The notes under the pieces are model-generated. The model did no database searches. It worked only from the letters and a program-made list of their open reading frames with translations, and was not told the origin of the DNA. A DNA stretch of 63,354 bases, from the NCBI GenBank assembly GCA_013695475.1, contig JACDAJ010000204.1:1-63354 (forward strand), in the 5' to 3' direction. A program made the position numbers and the translations under genes. Below, in pieces: positions 1 through 8,281 of this stretch. Source of the stretch: Rubrobacter sp. (lineage in GTDB: Bacteria > Actinomycetota > Rubrobacteria > Rubrobacterales > Rubrobacteraceae). Numbering within the stretch: position 1 is the stretch's first letter; each line of letters opens with the position of its first letter.

Positions 1-522
1 GACTTGAGCTACTTCGTCGGCAGCGGCGCGTGTGACTGCAACCCGGTCATTACCGAACTGTGGTCTTCTTTCGTCGGGGAAGAGAAAGTTCAGGGCCGTG
101 TACCGATCCGGCAAATCGTCGAGGAGTAACTTGTCTACCGGCTCTTCTAGCTGCTTGTCGAAATCGTAGATCCAGAACTCATCAAAGTTGCACAACACCA
201 CGTATTTCGGACGCTGCGGAACGAGACGAAGCCAGTATTCAAAGATTTGGCGGTAATGACGCTCCAGCTTCTCCCCACGCTTCTTCATTTCAAGCAGCAA
301 ACGAGGACGCCACAAGAGATCGGCGTACTTGGTACTCTTCCCCTTCTCTCGAATGCGGTACTCTTGAACGGCCCCTGCTTCATTCAATCCCTCATGGCCG
401 AAAGCGCGGAATAAACGGTCGCAAAAGACCGGAGCTTCACCTTTTTCGTCCCCTGTCAGGCTATGCGCGTATGCGACGAAGCTCCGAAGGTTATCAACCG
501 TCTGGTTTGTCGGAGTCTGCAT
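1..522 (-). CDS. N-terminal part of an MmeI-like type IIL restriction-modification / BREX PglX-like enzyme (gene continues past the left window edge)
   Basis: Own minus-strand translation from the ATG at 522-520: MQTPTNQTVDNLRSFVAYAHSLTGDEKGEAPVFCDRLFRAFGHEG...YADLLWRPRLLLEMKKRGEKLERHYRQIFEYW...KYVVLCNFDEFWIYDF. It stays open to position 1 (174 codons). The pattern matches the MmeI N-terminal domain as I remember it. It is absent from the ORF track because it is open-ended. The region is visibly AT-richer. Confidence 0.6.
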   Translation of the reverse strand, partial: MQTPTNQTVDNLRSFVAYAHSLTGDEKGEAPVFCDRLFRAFGHEGLNEAGAVQEYRIREKGKSTKYADLLWRPRLLLEMKKRGEKLERHYRQIFEYWLRLVPQRPKYVVLCNFDEFWIYDFDKQLEEPVDKLLLDDLPDRYTALNFLFPDERRPQFGNDRVAVTRAAADEVAQV

Positions 523-625
523 ACTCCCCCTCTGTCAATGGACCCCCACCGCTCAACTCACCCTGCTAATGGGTGATACAGACAAAATCATCCTATCAAA
601 TCAGAAAGGCGAGAAACCGCGCTGT

Positions 626-646
626 TAGTGTCAAACTAGTGTCAAA
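626..646. repeat. Direct repeat TAGTGTCAAA x2 with 11-bp phasing, upstream of the MmeI-like gene
   Basis: Read directly: gctgtTAGTGTCAAAcTAGTGTCAAAagcc. It lies between the ATG at 522 and the tRNA 3-prime end at 707. Candidate operator or recombinase arm site. Confidence 0.4.
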
Positions 647-706
647 AGCCCCAGTGCGTTCACTGAGATTTTGTCTTTTCCCCATCATTTGCAGGGCTTT
701 TGTAAG

Positions 707-779
707 TGAGCCGCCCAGGACTCGAACCTGAAACCTAGAGATTAAGAGTCTCTTGCTCTGCCAGTTGAGCTAGCGGCCC
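707..779 (-). tRNA. tRNA-Lys, anticodon CTT
   Basis: The reverse complement GGGCCGC TA GCTC AACTGGCA GAGC A AGAGA CTCTTAA TCTCT AGGTT TCAGG TTCGAGT CCTGG GCGGCTC A folds as a canonical cloverleaf (73 nt, no encoded CCA). TATAAT on the minus strand at 793-798. Confidence 0.9.
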
Positions 780-897
780 GCAACGAATCGGGATTATAGC
801 ATTGGATCCCCGCCGCCATAAGATTAAGTTTTGTTGAACAGTTCGCTTTCGGGATTGCGCCACCAGCCACCCGGTGTTTATAATATGCGTATCTTTC

Positions 898-970
898 TAG
901 CGGCTTTTCCTAAAGCCGCTAAGGGTCGGAAAAGGGTCACCCCCTTATAAAACACCGACCCTTTTCTTTT
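898..970 (+). other. Two adjacent strong hairpins followed by a T-rich run
   Basis: First hairpin: TAGCGGCTTT-tcct-AAAGCCGCTA (898-921, 10-bp stem). Second hairpin: AGGGTCGG...CCGACCCT (922-962), followed by TTTTCTTTTGC. They sit between the tRNA promoter region and the HD gene stop. Role unclear. Confidence 0.35.
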
Positions 971-976
971 GCTTTC

Positions 977-2308
977 TCACCCCACTTCCTCGGCGATGGT
1001 GAGAAGTTCCTCGGTGTGGTGGCGGACGGATGTGAGGAGGCTTTCGTTGGCGGCGAGGATCCTTATCCGGTGGAGCGGGAGGTGGTGGCGCCACATGTCC
1101 TCGCCCGTCATCGCCGAGAGTCCGTGCCAGTCGGTGAGGCTTCCTTCGCCCGGCGGGGGCATGCGCCGGATGTACCGCAGCCGCACTGTGGGATCCTCCT
1201 TCTCCGGGATGTCTATGAGAATATCGAACGGTCCGGCCTCCCCCTTCCGATACCTCGTCAAATACCGCGACCACGCCTCCTCGACACGCCGCCGCCACGA
1301 GGAGTCGTCGCGGAGGCGCATCAGTGAGGAATAGCTTTTGTGCCGCTCGTCGATCTCGAGGGCGCGGAGGTACGGGCGGCGGTCGGTCAGGCGTTTCGTG
1401 AGCATCGAGATCGAGTCCTCCCCGTTCGCGCAATCCTGGATGAGGGCGAAGGCTCCCGCGTCATCCTCCTCCGAGAGCTTGTCCGCCGTGATCCTCTCGG
1501 ACTGGATCGCATCCTGCGCCGCCCGCATGAACATCGCCGTCGGTATCCGCACCGCGTGATGGCCGTAAACATTGAAACCCATCAAATACCGCGAGAACAC
1601 GAGCGACTGGAAACTCCCCGCCCCTTTCTCATCCACCGCGAGAAGGGCCCGGTTCTCCTCGCCGACGATGCGGAGGCTCTCCATGAGCGCGTCCACCCTC
1701 ACGAGGTCGAAGGCGACCTTCGCGCCCCGCGCGTCGCGCACGAGCGAATCGAGCATCGAAACATCGAGCGAACCAAACAGGATGTCCCGGATGAGATGCT
1801 CCGTGGGGGTGAGGCCCATCGGGAGGTCGCCGCCGCGCGTGATGAGCCGGGAGACGTTGTGCGGCTCGATGTCCCACTCGCTCCGGAGAACCTTCGAAAC
1901 CTCCGACTGCTCGACCCACCTCCGGCTCAGCTCCTTCCTTCCGACGATGCCCGGAAGCGCGATGTTCTCGATGGCGCCGGAGTACGGATAGCATCCCACG
2001 TCGAGGAGAAGCGCGGCGGCGAGCGCCGCTTGCATTTCGCGCTCCTCCAAATACGCCCCGGAGTCGGTGATGCGCTTCAAAGTCGCCTGCGCGAGGTGGA
2101 AAACCCCGAGCGCGTGGTCGAAGCGCGTGTGCCTCGCCGCCGGAAACGCCGTCCCGGCGAAGCCGAGTTGGCGCATGCCTTTCAGGCGTTCCATCGCGCG
2201 GGTGTCGAGGAGCGCCCGGATCGCCCGGTTCACGGGGATGTCGCCCCATATATCGTCGCGGACTTTCCGGGACGGCCCGCCGAAGAGATCTCCCACCGTG
2301 CTGCTCAA
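977..2308 (-). CDS. HD-domain phosphohydrolase, dNTP triphosphohydrolase-like (COG1078 / SAMHD1-type)
   Basis: 443-aa ORF. N-terminus ...DIWGDIPVNRAIRALLDTRAMERLKGMRQLGFAGTAFPAARHTRFDHALGVFHLA with an HD signature (H...HD-like LLLDVG), typical of this family. Confidence 0.8.
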   Translation of the reverse strand: MSSTVGDLFGGPSRKVRDDIWGDIPVNRAIRALLDTRAMERLKGMRQLGFAGTAFPAARHTRFDHALGVFHLAQATLKRITDSGAYLEEREMQAALAAALLLDVGCYPYSGAIENIALPGIVGRKELSRRWVEQSEVSKVLRSEWDIEPHNVSRLITRGGDLPMGLTPTEHLIRDILFGSLDVSMLDSLVRDARGAKVAFDLVRVDALMESLRIVGEENRALLAVDEKGAGSFQSLVFSRYLMGFNVYGHHAVRIPTAMFMRAAQDAIQSERITADKLSEEDDAGAFALIQDCANGEDSISMLTKRLTDRRPYLRALEIDERHKSYSSLMRLRDDSSWRRRVEEAWSRYLTRYRKGEAGPFDILIDIPEKEDPTVRLRYIRRMPPPGEGSLTDWHGLSAMTGEDMWRHHLPLHRIRILAANESLLTSVRHHTEELLTIAEEVG

Positions 2309-2370
2309 ATACTCGCGTCCCCTTGTGTCGAACTATCTATATTCTAGCTAAAATCACACCCCCGCCGGAA

Positions 2371-2949
2371 ATGGACGTGTATATTTTCTATTTGCGGGAT
2401 CCGAAGCTGAAAGGAGAGGCCATACACGCCGAGGAGACGAAGGTTCTCGAAGGCGAGAATATAGTTTTGAGGCCGCCGCGCGAGTCCGACGTGGAGGCCG
2501 CATACGCATGGGACAAAGACCCCGAACTCGCCGCGTGGAACGGTCGCGCCCCCCTCTCCATCTCGCTCTCCGCCGCCCGCCGCGACTATCTCTCCCGCTG
2601 GGACGACCGGAGCGTCAAAACCTTCATCATCGAAGTGGACGAAGAACCCGTCGGAATGGCGACCCTTTACGACTTCCGGAAAGGCGGCTGCGAACTCGGC
2701 ATAAAAATAGGGCCGCACGACCTCCGCGGCCACGGCATCGCCTCCGAAGCCGTCGAACTCCTCCTCGAATACACCTTCGAGGAGCTTCGCGTCGGACTCG
2801 TCCGCGGCTCGACCCTTTCCCACAACCATCGCATGCAGCGAGTCTTCGAGAAGCACGGCTTCCGGGAGGTCGGCGACGGCTCCATCCTCAGCCGCTATGA
2901 TAATCGTCGGTACTCGGAACTTTTTTACGAGAAGCGGCGAGGGGATTAG
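2371..2949 (+). CDS. GNAT family N-acetyltransferase
   Basis: ORF 2323..2949. Likely start is MDVY at 2371. ...LRPPRESDVEAAYAWDKDPE...IGPHDLRGHGIASEAVELLLEYTFEELRV is RimJ/RimL-like. Confidence 0.75.
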   Translation: MDVYIFYLRDPKLKGEAIHAEETKVLEGENIVLRPPRESDVEAAYAWDKDPELAAWNGRAPLSISLSAARRDYLSRWDDRSVKTFIIEVDEEPVGMATLYDFRKGGCELGIKIGPHDLRGHGIASEAVELLLEYTFEELRVGLVRGSTLSHNHRMQRVFEKHGFREVGDGSILSRYDNRRYSELFYEKRRGD

Positions 2950-3347
2950 CCGCTCCGAGGTTGTTCCGCCTCCCCGCGAGACAGTCGGAGGAGAGCGGCC
3001 ACGAAAATCCCCATAGCGAACGCTATGACGAACGTCGTTTCGCCCATGCGCCTTTCGAGGAGGCGGTCGGTCAGTTCCGGGTTCGAGAGCGCCGTGGCGG
3101 CGGCGACGCAAAAAAAGATCCCACACGCAAAACACGACGAACCCGCGACGAAACCCCCCGAACTCCGCGAGCGTGTGAGAAGGTATGCAAAGCCGCTCCC
3201 CATCACGCCTCCGGCCGCCGGATAAAGCATCTTCGTTATGGGCTCCGAACCGGAAAGCACGAACGCCGATATCGCCACGACGAGCAAAACGGCTCCGACC
3301 GCGTTGATCGCAAATATGATCTTCGTTCCCGCGCCCATATTTCCCAC
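2946..3347 (-). CDS. Hypothetical small membrane protein (3-4 predicted TM helices)
   Basis: ORF 2946..3404. I prefer the GTG at 3347, preceded by GAGGAGG. The first ~20 codons of the long ORF are encoded by a copy of a dispersed intergenic repeat (3372-3392). Confidence 0.5.
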   Translation of the reverse strand: MGNMGAGTKIIFAINAVGAVLLVVAISAFVLSGSEPITKMLYPAAGGVMGSGFAYLLTRSRSSGGFVAGSSCFACGIFFCVAAATALSNPELTDRLLERRMGETTFVIAFAMGIFVAALLRLSRGEAEQPRSG

Positions 3348-3410
3348 GAATGCCTCCTCGCTTCCATAATAATACGGAACCCGGATAATCACTTTCGCAT
3401 ACATTCGGCG

Positions 3411-3458
3411 GCGCGAATCGTGAATCGAAAAACACGGTTCGCGGCTCCCGGTTCGCTT
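3411..3458. repeat. Dispersed repeat family R1 copy (GCGCGAATCG..AATCGAAAAA..CGGTTCGCGGCTCC)
   Basis: gcgcgaatcgtgaatcgaaaaacacggttcgcggctcccggttcgc. Related copies at 8214-8251, 22274-22299 and 47823-47861. The core is amplified as a tandem array at 13166-13231. Confidence 0.6.
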
Positions 3459-3480
3459 CGAGGAGTGGGGAGTCGGCTAT

Positions 3481-3710
3481 GATCCCCTCCCGCTCCCCGC
3501 GATGCCGCCACATCCCCGCCCGGCGAAAACTCGCCCGGCTTCGCCTCCGGCTTTTCCCCACTCTCGCTCGGAGCCGCTTCGATCCGGGGAGTGAGAGCGA
3601 TCCCCGCCCCCCGCAGCGCCTCCGCATCTCCGCCCGGCGAAAACTCGCCCGGCTCGAGCCGGGGCTTCGGGACGGCCGTTTCGCCCCGGGCTTTTCCCCA
3701 CTCCCGAAAC
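3481..3710. repeat. About 115-bp tandem duplication (2 diverged copies)
   Basis: Both units contain tccccgcccggcgaaaactcgcccggct ... cttttccccactc (3512-3570 and 3628-3693). Confidence 0.55.
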
Positions 3711-3836
3711 GGCTTCGTCGCCGGAGGCGCGGAGAGCGTATTTCGTTTTTCCGACTCTTTCACCGCCTCCACTTCCTCCGGGAGCGAAGCGACCCCCCGA
3801 TTCTCGCGAACCCGCCGACCGAGTTCGGAGCCGTTC

Positions 3837-4790
3837 ATGAACGATGCCACGCGCTTTTATCCGCGTACAATTGAGAGCGTGGACACGGAACTGAAACTCG
3901 ACATCCGCGACAAGGGCGCGATGAGCGGCGTCCTCACCCTCGGGAGCCTCGACCCCGCCTTCGAGGCGATGGCGAAACTCGAAGACGGCTCCCCCGCCTC
4001 ACTCGACCTCCGACACGTGGATTTCGTGGAACCCGCCGGACTGTGCGGTCTCGCCGCCCTCCTCGAACGCCTCACCGCCCGCTCCGAGAATGTGAGCCTC
4101 TCCCTTCGCGGCCGGAACGTCGCCGCGTACCTCGAACGGATGGACTTCTTCCGAATGTTCGAGGGAAAGCTCGAAACGAACGTGGATGTCTCTTCCCTCG
4201 AAGACCGCGAGCGCCACGACCCCGGCACTCTCCAAGAACTCATAAATTTCCACAACGAGGACGAAATACCCGCCATCATCCACCGCATATCGAAGATCCT
4301 CGAAAATCAGGAATATTTGCTGAAAGAACGGGTCGCCGTATGCTCGACCCTCTCCGAAATCTGCGCGAACGCCGCCGAGCACGGCACCTCGTCCTTCGGG
4401 GCGTATGCCGCCGTCCAGGCGTACCACCACATCGTGAGCGGCCCCCGGAGGCGGGGCGAGGAAGTCCTCGTCGCCATCGCCGACGGCGGAGTGGGCGTCC
4501 GGGAGACGCTTTCGAGGAACCCGAAATACGCCGAGAATACCGGGACGGACAATGATGCGATTCGGCACGCGCTCGAGATGGGGGTTTCGACGACGGGGGA
4601 GGTCGGGAGGGGCGGCGGACTCACGCTCGTCGCGCAGATCGCCGCCCGGAACGGAGGCTCGCTCTCCATCCGATCCGGCTCCGGACGCATCACCGTTTAC
4701 GAGAAACGTAAAAACTCCCGCCACGTCCCTCCCTTCCCCGGAACCTTCGTCCGCGTCTCACTCCCCCGACACGCCAAAGAGGATGCATGA
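3837..4790 (+). CDS. STAS-like domain fused to a GHKL/HATPase_c domain (RsbW/SpoIIAB-like ATP-binding protein)
   Basis: ATG at 3837 after GGAG. The N-terminal half (...SLDLRHVDFVEPAGLCGLAALLERL...VAAYLERMDFF) looks STAS-like. The C-terminal half carries an N-box (EICANAAEHG), G1 (IADGGVGV) and G2 (GRGGGLTLV). Confidence 0.7.
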   Translation: MNDATRFYPRTIESVDTELKLDIRDKGAMSGVLTLGSLDPAFEAMAKLEDGSPASLDLRHVDFVEPAGLCGLAALLERLTARSENVSLSLRGRNVAAYLERMDFFRMFEGKLETNVDVSSLEDRERHDPGTLQELINFHNEDEIPAIIHRISKILENQEYLLKERVAVCSTLSEICANAAEHGTSSFGAYAAVQAYHHIVSGPRRRGEEVLVAIADGGVGVRETLSRNPKYAENTGTDNDAIRHALEMGVSTTGEVGRGGGLTLVAQIAARNGGSLSIRSGSGRITVYEKRKNSRHVPPFPGTFVRVSLPRHAKEDA

Positions 4791-5112
4791 TGCGGCCCCC
4801 GGTCAATGCCCCCCTCGCCGCCCGGAATTTATGAGTGTCTCTCGCACAATGCGGGACCCTCTCGGGCCGCTCCGCACAACGCCCCACAGCGAATTGCGGA
4901 AGTGTCGAGGCTTCGGGAACCGGACGCCAGGAAACACTTTCTCGGACGGAGCTTCGCGGGCGGGGTGGCCCGGCTTTCATGAACTCCACCGCCTCGCGAA
5001 GGGCGAATCGGCGGAGAACCCGCCACGGCGACGGTGGGAGAGAGATGGAATCGCCCCGCCCCGACATCGGAACACCCCCCGAGACAAATCCGGAAATCGT
5101 CGGAATATCCTC

Positions 5113-5141
5113 TTGACTCCCCACGACACCCCCGGTACAAT
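5113..5141 (+). promoter_or_regulatory. Sigma-70-type promoter: TTGACT - 17 bp - TACAAT
   Basis: -35 TTGACT at 5113-5118 and -10 TACAAT at 5136-5141. The ATG at 5150 sits about 8 nt after the -10, so the transcript may be leaderless. Confidence 0.55.
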
Positions 5142-5149
5142 CCTTTCAT

Positions 5150-5749
5150 ATGATTTCACTGAACACAATGAGAAAAAATCCGGCGTTGTCTGAGGAGCGT
5201 GCGAGCCGCGTCTTCGAGGTCTCCGGCGGGGATTTCGGGAATCGGCTCATGGTGACGCGGGGGATGGGGCGCGACGTGCGCCAGGCTCTCGTGGACGCCC
5301 TCACGGAGTTGCCGAAGGGCGGCGTCCTTTATGTGGACACCCGCTCGCTCGAGTTCGTGGATTATTCGTTCGCGGACGAGGCACTCGGCATTCTCGTTTC
5401 GAGGGTCGCGGGCGGCGAGTACGGGGAGAGGCATCTCGTCCTCGTCGAGTCTGACCGAGATCTCCTCGAGAACGTCGAGGCTTCCCTCCGCCAAAGAAAC
5501 CTCGCCATGCTCCGAGTCCCCGAGGTCGGCGGCGAACCCGCCGTCGTCGGAGTCCTCGAAGGCCATCTCCTCGAAACCCTCGAAGCCGTCCGGAAGGTCG
5601 GCCCCATAACCACCGCCGACCTCGCCGCCCGGCTCGAAGTCAACCACACCGCGTGCAACAACCGCGCCACAAACCTCGTCGAACGCGGCCTCATAGCTCG
5701 CCGCAAAGAATCCGGCGGAAGGCGTTATCTCTACGAGAGGATCGTGTGA
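5150..5749 (+). CDS. STAS-like (DUF4325-type) domain fused to a C-terminal winged-helix DNA-binding domain
   Basis: ...RGMGRDVRQALVDALTELPKGGVLYVDTRSLEFVDYSFADEALGILV is DUF4325-like. The C-terminus ...ITTADLAARLEVNHTACNNRATNLVERGLIARRKESGGRRYLY is MarR/ArsR-like wHTH. An alternative start is the ATG at 5168. Confidence 0.7.
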   Translation: MISLNTMRKNPALSEERASRVFEVSGGDFGNRLMVTRGMGRDVRQALVDALTELPKGGVLYVDTRSLEFVDYSFADEALGILVSRVAGGEYGERHLVLVESDRDLLENVEASLRQRNLAMLRVPEVGGEPAVVGVLEGHLLETLEAVRKVGPITTADLAARLEVNHTACNNRATNLVERGLIARRKESGGRRYLYERIV

Positions 5750-5767
5750 TGCTTTTATTTAATCTCA

Positions 5768-5789
5768 ATTTCACTCATGTCAGTGAAAT
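5768..5789. promoter_or_regulatory. Perfect palindrome ATTTCACT-catgtc-AGTGAAAT (candidate operator)
   Basis: Read directly, about 55 bp upstream of the operon starting at 5844. A near-identical site is at 25107-25124 and a degenerate one at 5153-5174. Confidence 0.5.
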
Positions 5790-5843
5790 AAACGATTTCG
5801 GTGAAAACGAAGCGAAGAGCGAAACAGCGAAGGGAGCGAAGTG

Positions 5844-6488
5844 ATGCGTGAGGAGTACATGATCGAGCGTCAGGGAAAGCGGTTCGTCCTTTATGCGGGG
5901 CTTCTCGAAGAGGCTCACAATCGGGGACTCCGGAGCATCGAGACGGAGCTTCTTCAGGTTCCGGGCATGGAGAATAGCGAGGTCGCCATTGTGAAGGCGG
6001 TCGTGCGGACGGAGGAGGGGAAGTTCTCCGGCATCGGGGATGCGAGTCCCGAGAACGTGAGTCGGACCATCGCGCCGCATCTCATCCGGATGGCCGAGAC
6101 TCGGGCGAAGGCGCGGGCATTGCGGGACGCCATCAATGTCTCGGTGACGGCTTTCGAGGAGCTTGGCGGCTCGGAGGGAAACGACGGCGCATCGGCGGTG
6201 GCCGAAGCTCCCGCTAAATCCGCCAAATCCGCCAAAAAGACGGCGGCGGAGCGTCCGGCGGCTGGTTCGGGGAAGGTCGAGAGCGGTTCGGGCGAGGCGG
6301 CTTCCGAAGTCGCCAAAGGCGAGCTTCCGGCGACGAGGAAGCAGCTCAATTATCTCGAGTCGTTGATCGGGGACGTCGTGGACGACGGGGTGCCGAAGTT
6401 CGAGGAGATGGTCGGGAAGAAGGTCGCCGAGTTGACGCGGGAGGAGGCGTCGGAGTGGATCGGGCGCCTCTCCGGGAAGGCGGCGTAG
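5844..6488 (+). CDS. Hypothetical protein; N-terminal core weakly reminiscent of Rad52/Sak-type annealing proteins, acidic/Ala-rich linker, DUF3072-like C-terminal motif
   Basis: RBS GGGAG 7 nt upstream. ...[20 protein letters not shown]...; C-terminus [12 protein letters not shown]...[13 protein letters not shown]. The family call is from memory and weak. Confidence 0.55.
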   Translation: MREEYMIERQGKRFVLYAGLLEEAHNRGLRSIETELLQVPGMENSEVAIVKAVVRTEEGKFSGIGDASPENVSRTIAPHLIRMAETRAKARALRDAINVSVTAFEELGGSEGNDGASAVAEAPAKSAKSAKKTAAERPAAGSGKVESGSGEAASEVAKGELPATRKQLNYLESLIGDVVDDGVPKFEEMVGKKVAELTREEASEWIGRLSGKAA

Positions 6489-6493
6489 TGAGG

Positions 6494-6691
6494 ATGTGGG
6501 CGCCCGCCCTCGGTGGGGAGGTTCGTTATCACGAGGATCTCCCCTCGTGCTGCCGGAGCGAGGCTCGCGGCTCGGACGACGCATTCGGGTGCGTCTCGTG
6601 CGGGGCGGAGTGGCGGGCGGTGGAAGCGGAGCCGTCCGAGGAATGCGCCTTCGGCGTTGTCTCGGAGCGGGATCATCGGGGAGCCGCCTAA
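6494..6691 (+). CDS. Small Cys-rich (CC...CxxC) zinc-ribbon-like protein, paralog 1
   Basis: MWAPALGGEVRYHEDLPSCCRSEARGSDDAFGCVSCGAEWRAVE... Starts at or overlapping the stop of the upstream gene (GTG 6488 or ATG 6494). Confidence 0.5.
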   Translation: MWAPALGGEVRYHEDLPSCCRSEARGSDDAFGCVSCGAEWRAVEAEPSEECAFGVVSERDHRGAA

Positions 6692-6715
6692 AAATGGGCG
6701 TGGGGAGGATGCGGA

Positions 6716-6931
6716 ATGACGATGGACATACGGCTCATAAAAGAGATGCGCGGGGAGATGCTCCGGGAGGTCGAGGCGAATCGGCTCGCGAAGAAGATGC
6801 GGGCGCGGGGGAGGCTCCGGCGCGAATCGCGGTTCGCGGTCTTCGCGAGGGAAGCGAGGCTCGACTTCATCCGGCTCGCCGATGCGCTCCGGGTCACGGG
6901 AAAAGTCGCGAAGCGGAAGGAGAGGCCGTGA
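6716..6931 (+). CDS. Small basic helical protein (71 aa), unknown function
   Basis: RBS GGGGAGGA 7 nt upstream. [32 protein letters not shown]... Confidence 0.55.
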   Translation: MTMDIRLIKEMRGEMLREVEANRLAKKMRARGRLRRESRFAVFAREARLDFIRLADALRVTGKVAKRKERP

Positions 6932-7209
6932 AGAAGACAAGAAAGAAGCCCGCCCTCCGCTCCGACACGACGGTGATGGACGTGGGGAGGAACGGTCGGG
7001 AGATGTACATTCGGGCGATGCCTTCGTGTTGCCTCGGCGCTTTGAAAGAGGCCGTCGCGCGAGGGTCGGACGGGCGGAGGCTCCTTTCGATGGAATGCCC
7101 GGAGTGCGGGCGGGAGTGGCGCATCACATCGAGCCTCGACGAGCGGGTGCTCGAACGGTTTGCGACGCACGGCGGCCCGAGGGTCGGCGGGGGGTATCCG
7201 GCGGCATGA
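6928..7209 (+). CDS. Small Cys-rich (CC...CxxC) zinc-ribbon-like protein, paralog 2
   Basis: The GTG at 6928 overlaps the upstream TGA (GTGA), with RBS AAGGAGAGG. ...[39 protein letters not shown]... Its stop overlaps the sigma start (ATGA). Confidence 0.55.
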   Translation: MKKTRKKPALRSDTTVMDVGRNGREMYIRAMPSCCLGALKEAVARGSDGRRLLSMECPECGREWRITSSLDERVLERFATHGGPRVGGGYPAA

Positions 7210-8069
7210 ACGAGAAAGAAAAGGGAGGAGCCATGCAAGATACGTTGACGCAATATCTCGGGCAAATAAGGGGCGGGAGGCTCCTCGACGCGAGCGAGGA
7301 AGTGAGCCTCGGACGGCGTGTCCGGGAGGGCGACATGGCGGCGAGGCGGCGGCTCATCGAGTCGAATTTGCGGCTCGTCATCTCGATCGCGAAGAAGTAT
7401 CGGGGTCGGGGGGTTTCGTTCGAGGATCTCATACAAGAAGGAAACGCCGGGCTTATAAAGGCGGTCGGGAAGTTCGATCCGGAGATGGGGAACCGCTTCT
7501 CGACGTACGCGACGTGGTGGATCCGGCAGGCCGTCACCCGCGCCGTCGCCGACCATTCGAGGGCCGTCAGGCTCCCGGCGCACGTCATGGACGCCATCTT
7601 CCGCCTCCGAAAAGCCGAGAACGCCATGAGCGTGGAGTTCGGGCGCGAGCCGACGGACGACGAACTCGCCGAAGCCCTCGAAACAAAGCCGGAGGAAGTC
7701 CGTCGGCTCCGGCGCGTCAGCCAGCCGATATCGAGCATGAACGTCCGCCTCGGAACCGAGGAGGGTGCGGCGGAACTCGGGGAAATTTTTCCGGACGACG
7801 ACTCGCGCCGCGACTATGCCCGTGTCGAGGCGGGGGCGTGGGAAGGGCGGCTCCACGAGGCCGTCCGCTCATTGCCGGACCGCGAGGCGTGCATTTTGAG
7901 CATGAGGCACGGCCTCGACGGGAGCGGGGTTCGGACGTTGCGGGAGGTTTCCGAGGAGCTTGGGATTTCGCAGGAAAGGGCGCGGCAGGTCGAGATAAAG
8001 GCGCTCAAAACCATACGGTCGGGACGGTACGCGAGCTCGCTCCGCGCCGGGCTTCCCGAAGCCGTGTGA
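7206..8069 (+). CDS. RNA polymerase sigma factor, sigma-70 family (group 2/3-like, regions 2-4)
   Basis: MNEKEKGG...[65 protein letters not shown]...[22 protein letters not shown]. Confidence 0.9.
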   Translation: MNEKEKGGAMQDTLTQYLGQIRGGRLLDASEEVSLGRRVREGDMAARRRLIESNLRLVISIAKKYRGRGVSFEDLIQEGNAGLIKAVGKFDPEMGNRFSTYATWWIRQAVTRAVADHSRAVRLPAHVMDAIFRLRKAENAMSVEFGREPTDDELAEALETKPEEVRRLRRVSQPISSMNVRLGTEEGAAELGEIFPDDDSRRDYARVEAGAWEGRLHEAVRSLPDREACILSMRHGLDGSGVRTLREVSEELGISQERARQVEIKALKTIRSGRYASSLRAGLPEAV

Positions 8070-8098
8070 AAGTGGATTTCGCGAGAATCTCCCCACGG

Positions 8099-8123
8099 AA
8101 CCCGCACATTTCAGCTTGTCAGC
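8099..8123. repeat. 25-nt block AACCCGCRCATTTCAGCKTGYCAGC shared with 57887-57912
   Basis: gaacccgcacatttcagcttgtcagcc here versus taacccgcgcatttcagcgtgccagct at 57886. Followed by the inverted repeat GCTTGTCAGC / GCTGACAAGC (8112-8121 / 8160-8169). Confidence 0.55.
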
Positions 8124-8281
8124 CGATCATCGTTTCAGGGAAGGATGAATTGCCGACTCGCTGACAAGCGCGAAGCTCATGCCACTGCGATCCACTTCCG
8201 CATACGTCCGGTGGCGTGAATCGAAAGAGAACCGCGCTTTTTCGATTCGCGTAGAATCTCTCTTCGCCACCCGAAAAAGAA

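Noticed and set aside
898-970. Hairpins considered as the intrinsic terminator of the HD-domain gene.
   Set aside because: The T-run follows the second hairpin on the plus strand, not on the minus strand where the HD gene is transcribed. I kept them only as unexplained hairpins.
2344-3627. 427-aa minus-strand ORF spanning the GNAT gene and the membrane-protein gene.
   Set aside because: It is out of frame with, or antisense to, better-supported genes, and its composition is Arg/Gly-rich.
3591-3836. 82-codon N-terminal extension of the STAS-HATPase ORF.
   Set aside because: The sequence is Ser/Pro/Arg low-complexity, encoded by the tandem repeat. A GGAG-ATG start at 3837 precedes the first recognisable domain.
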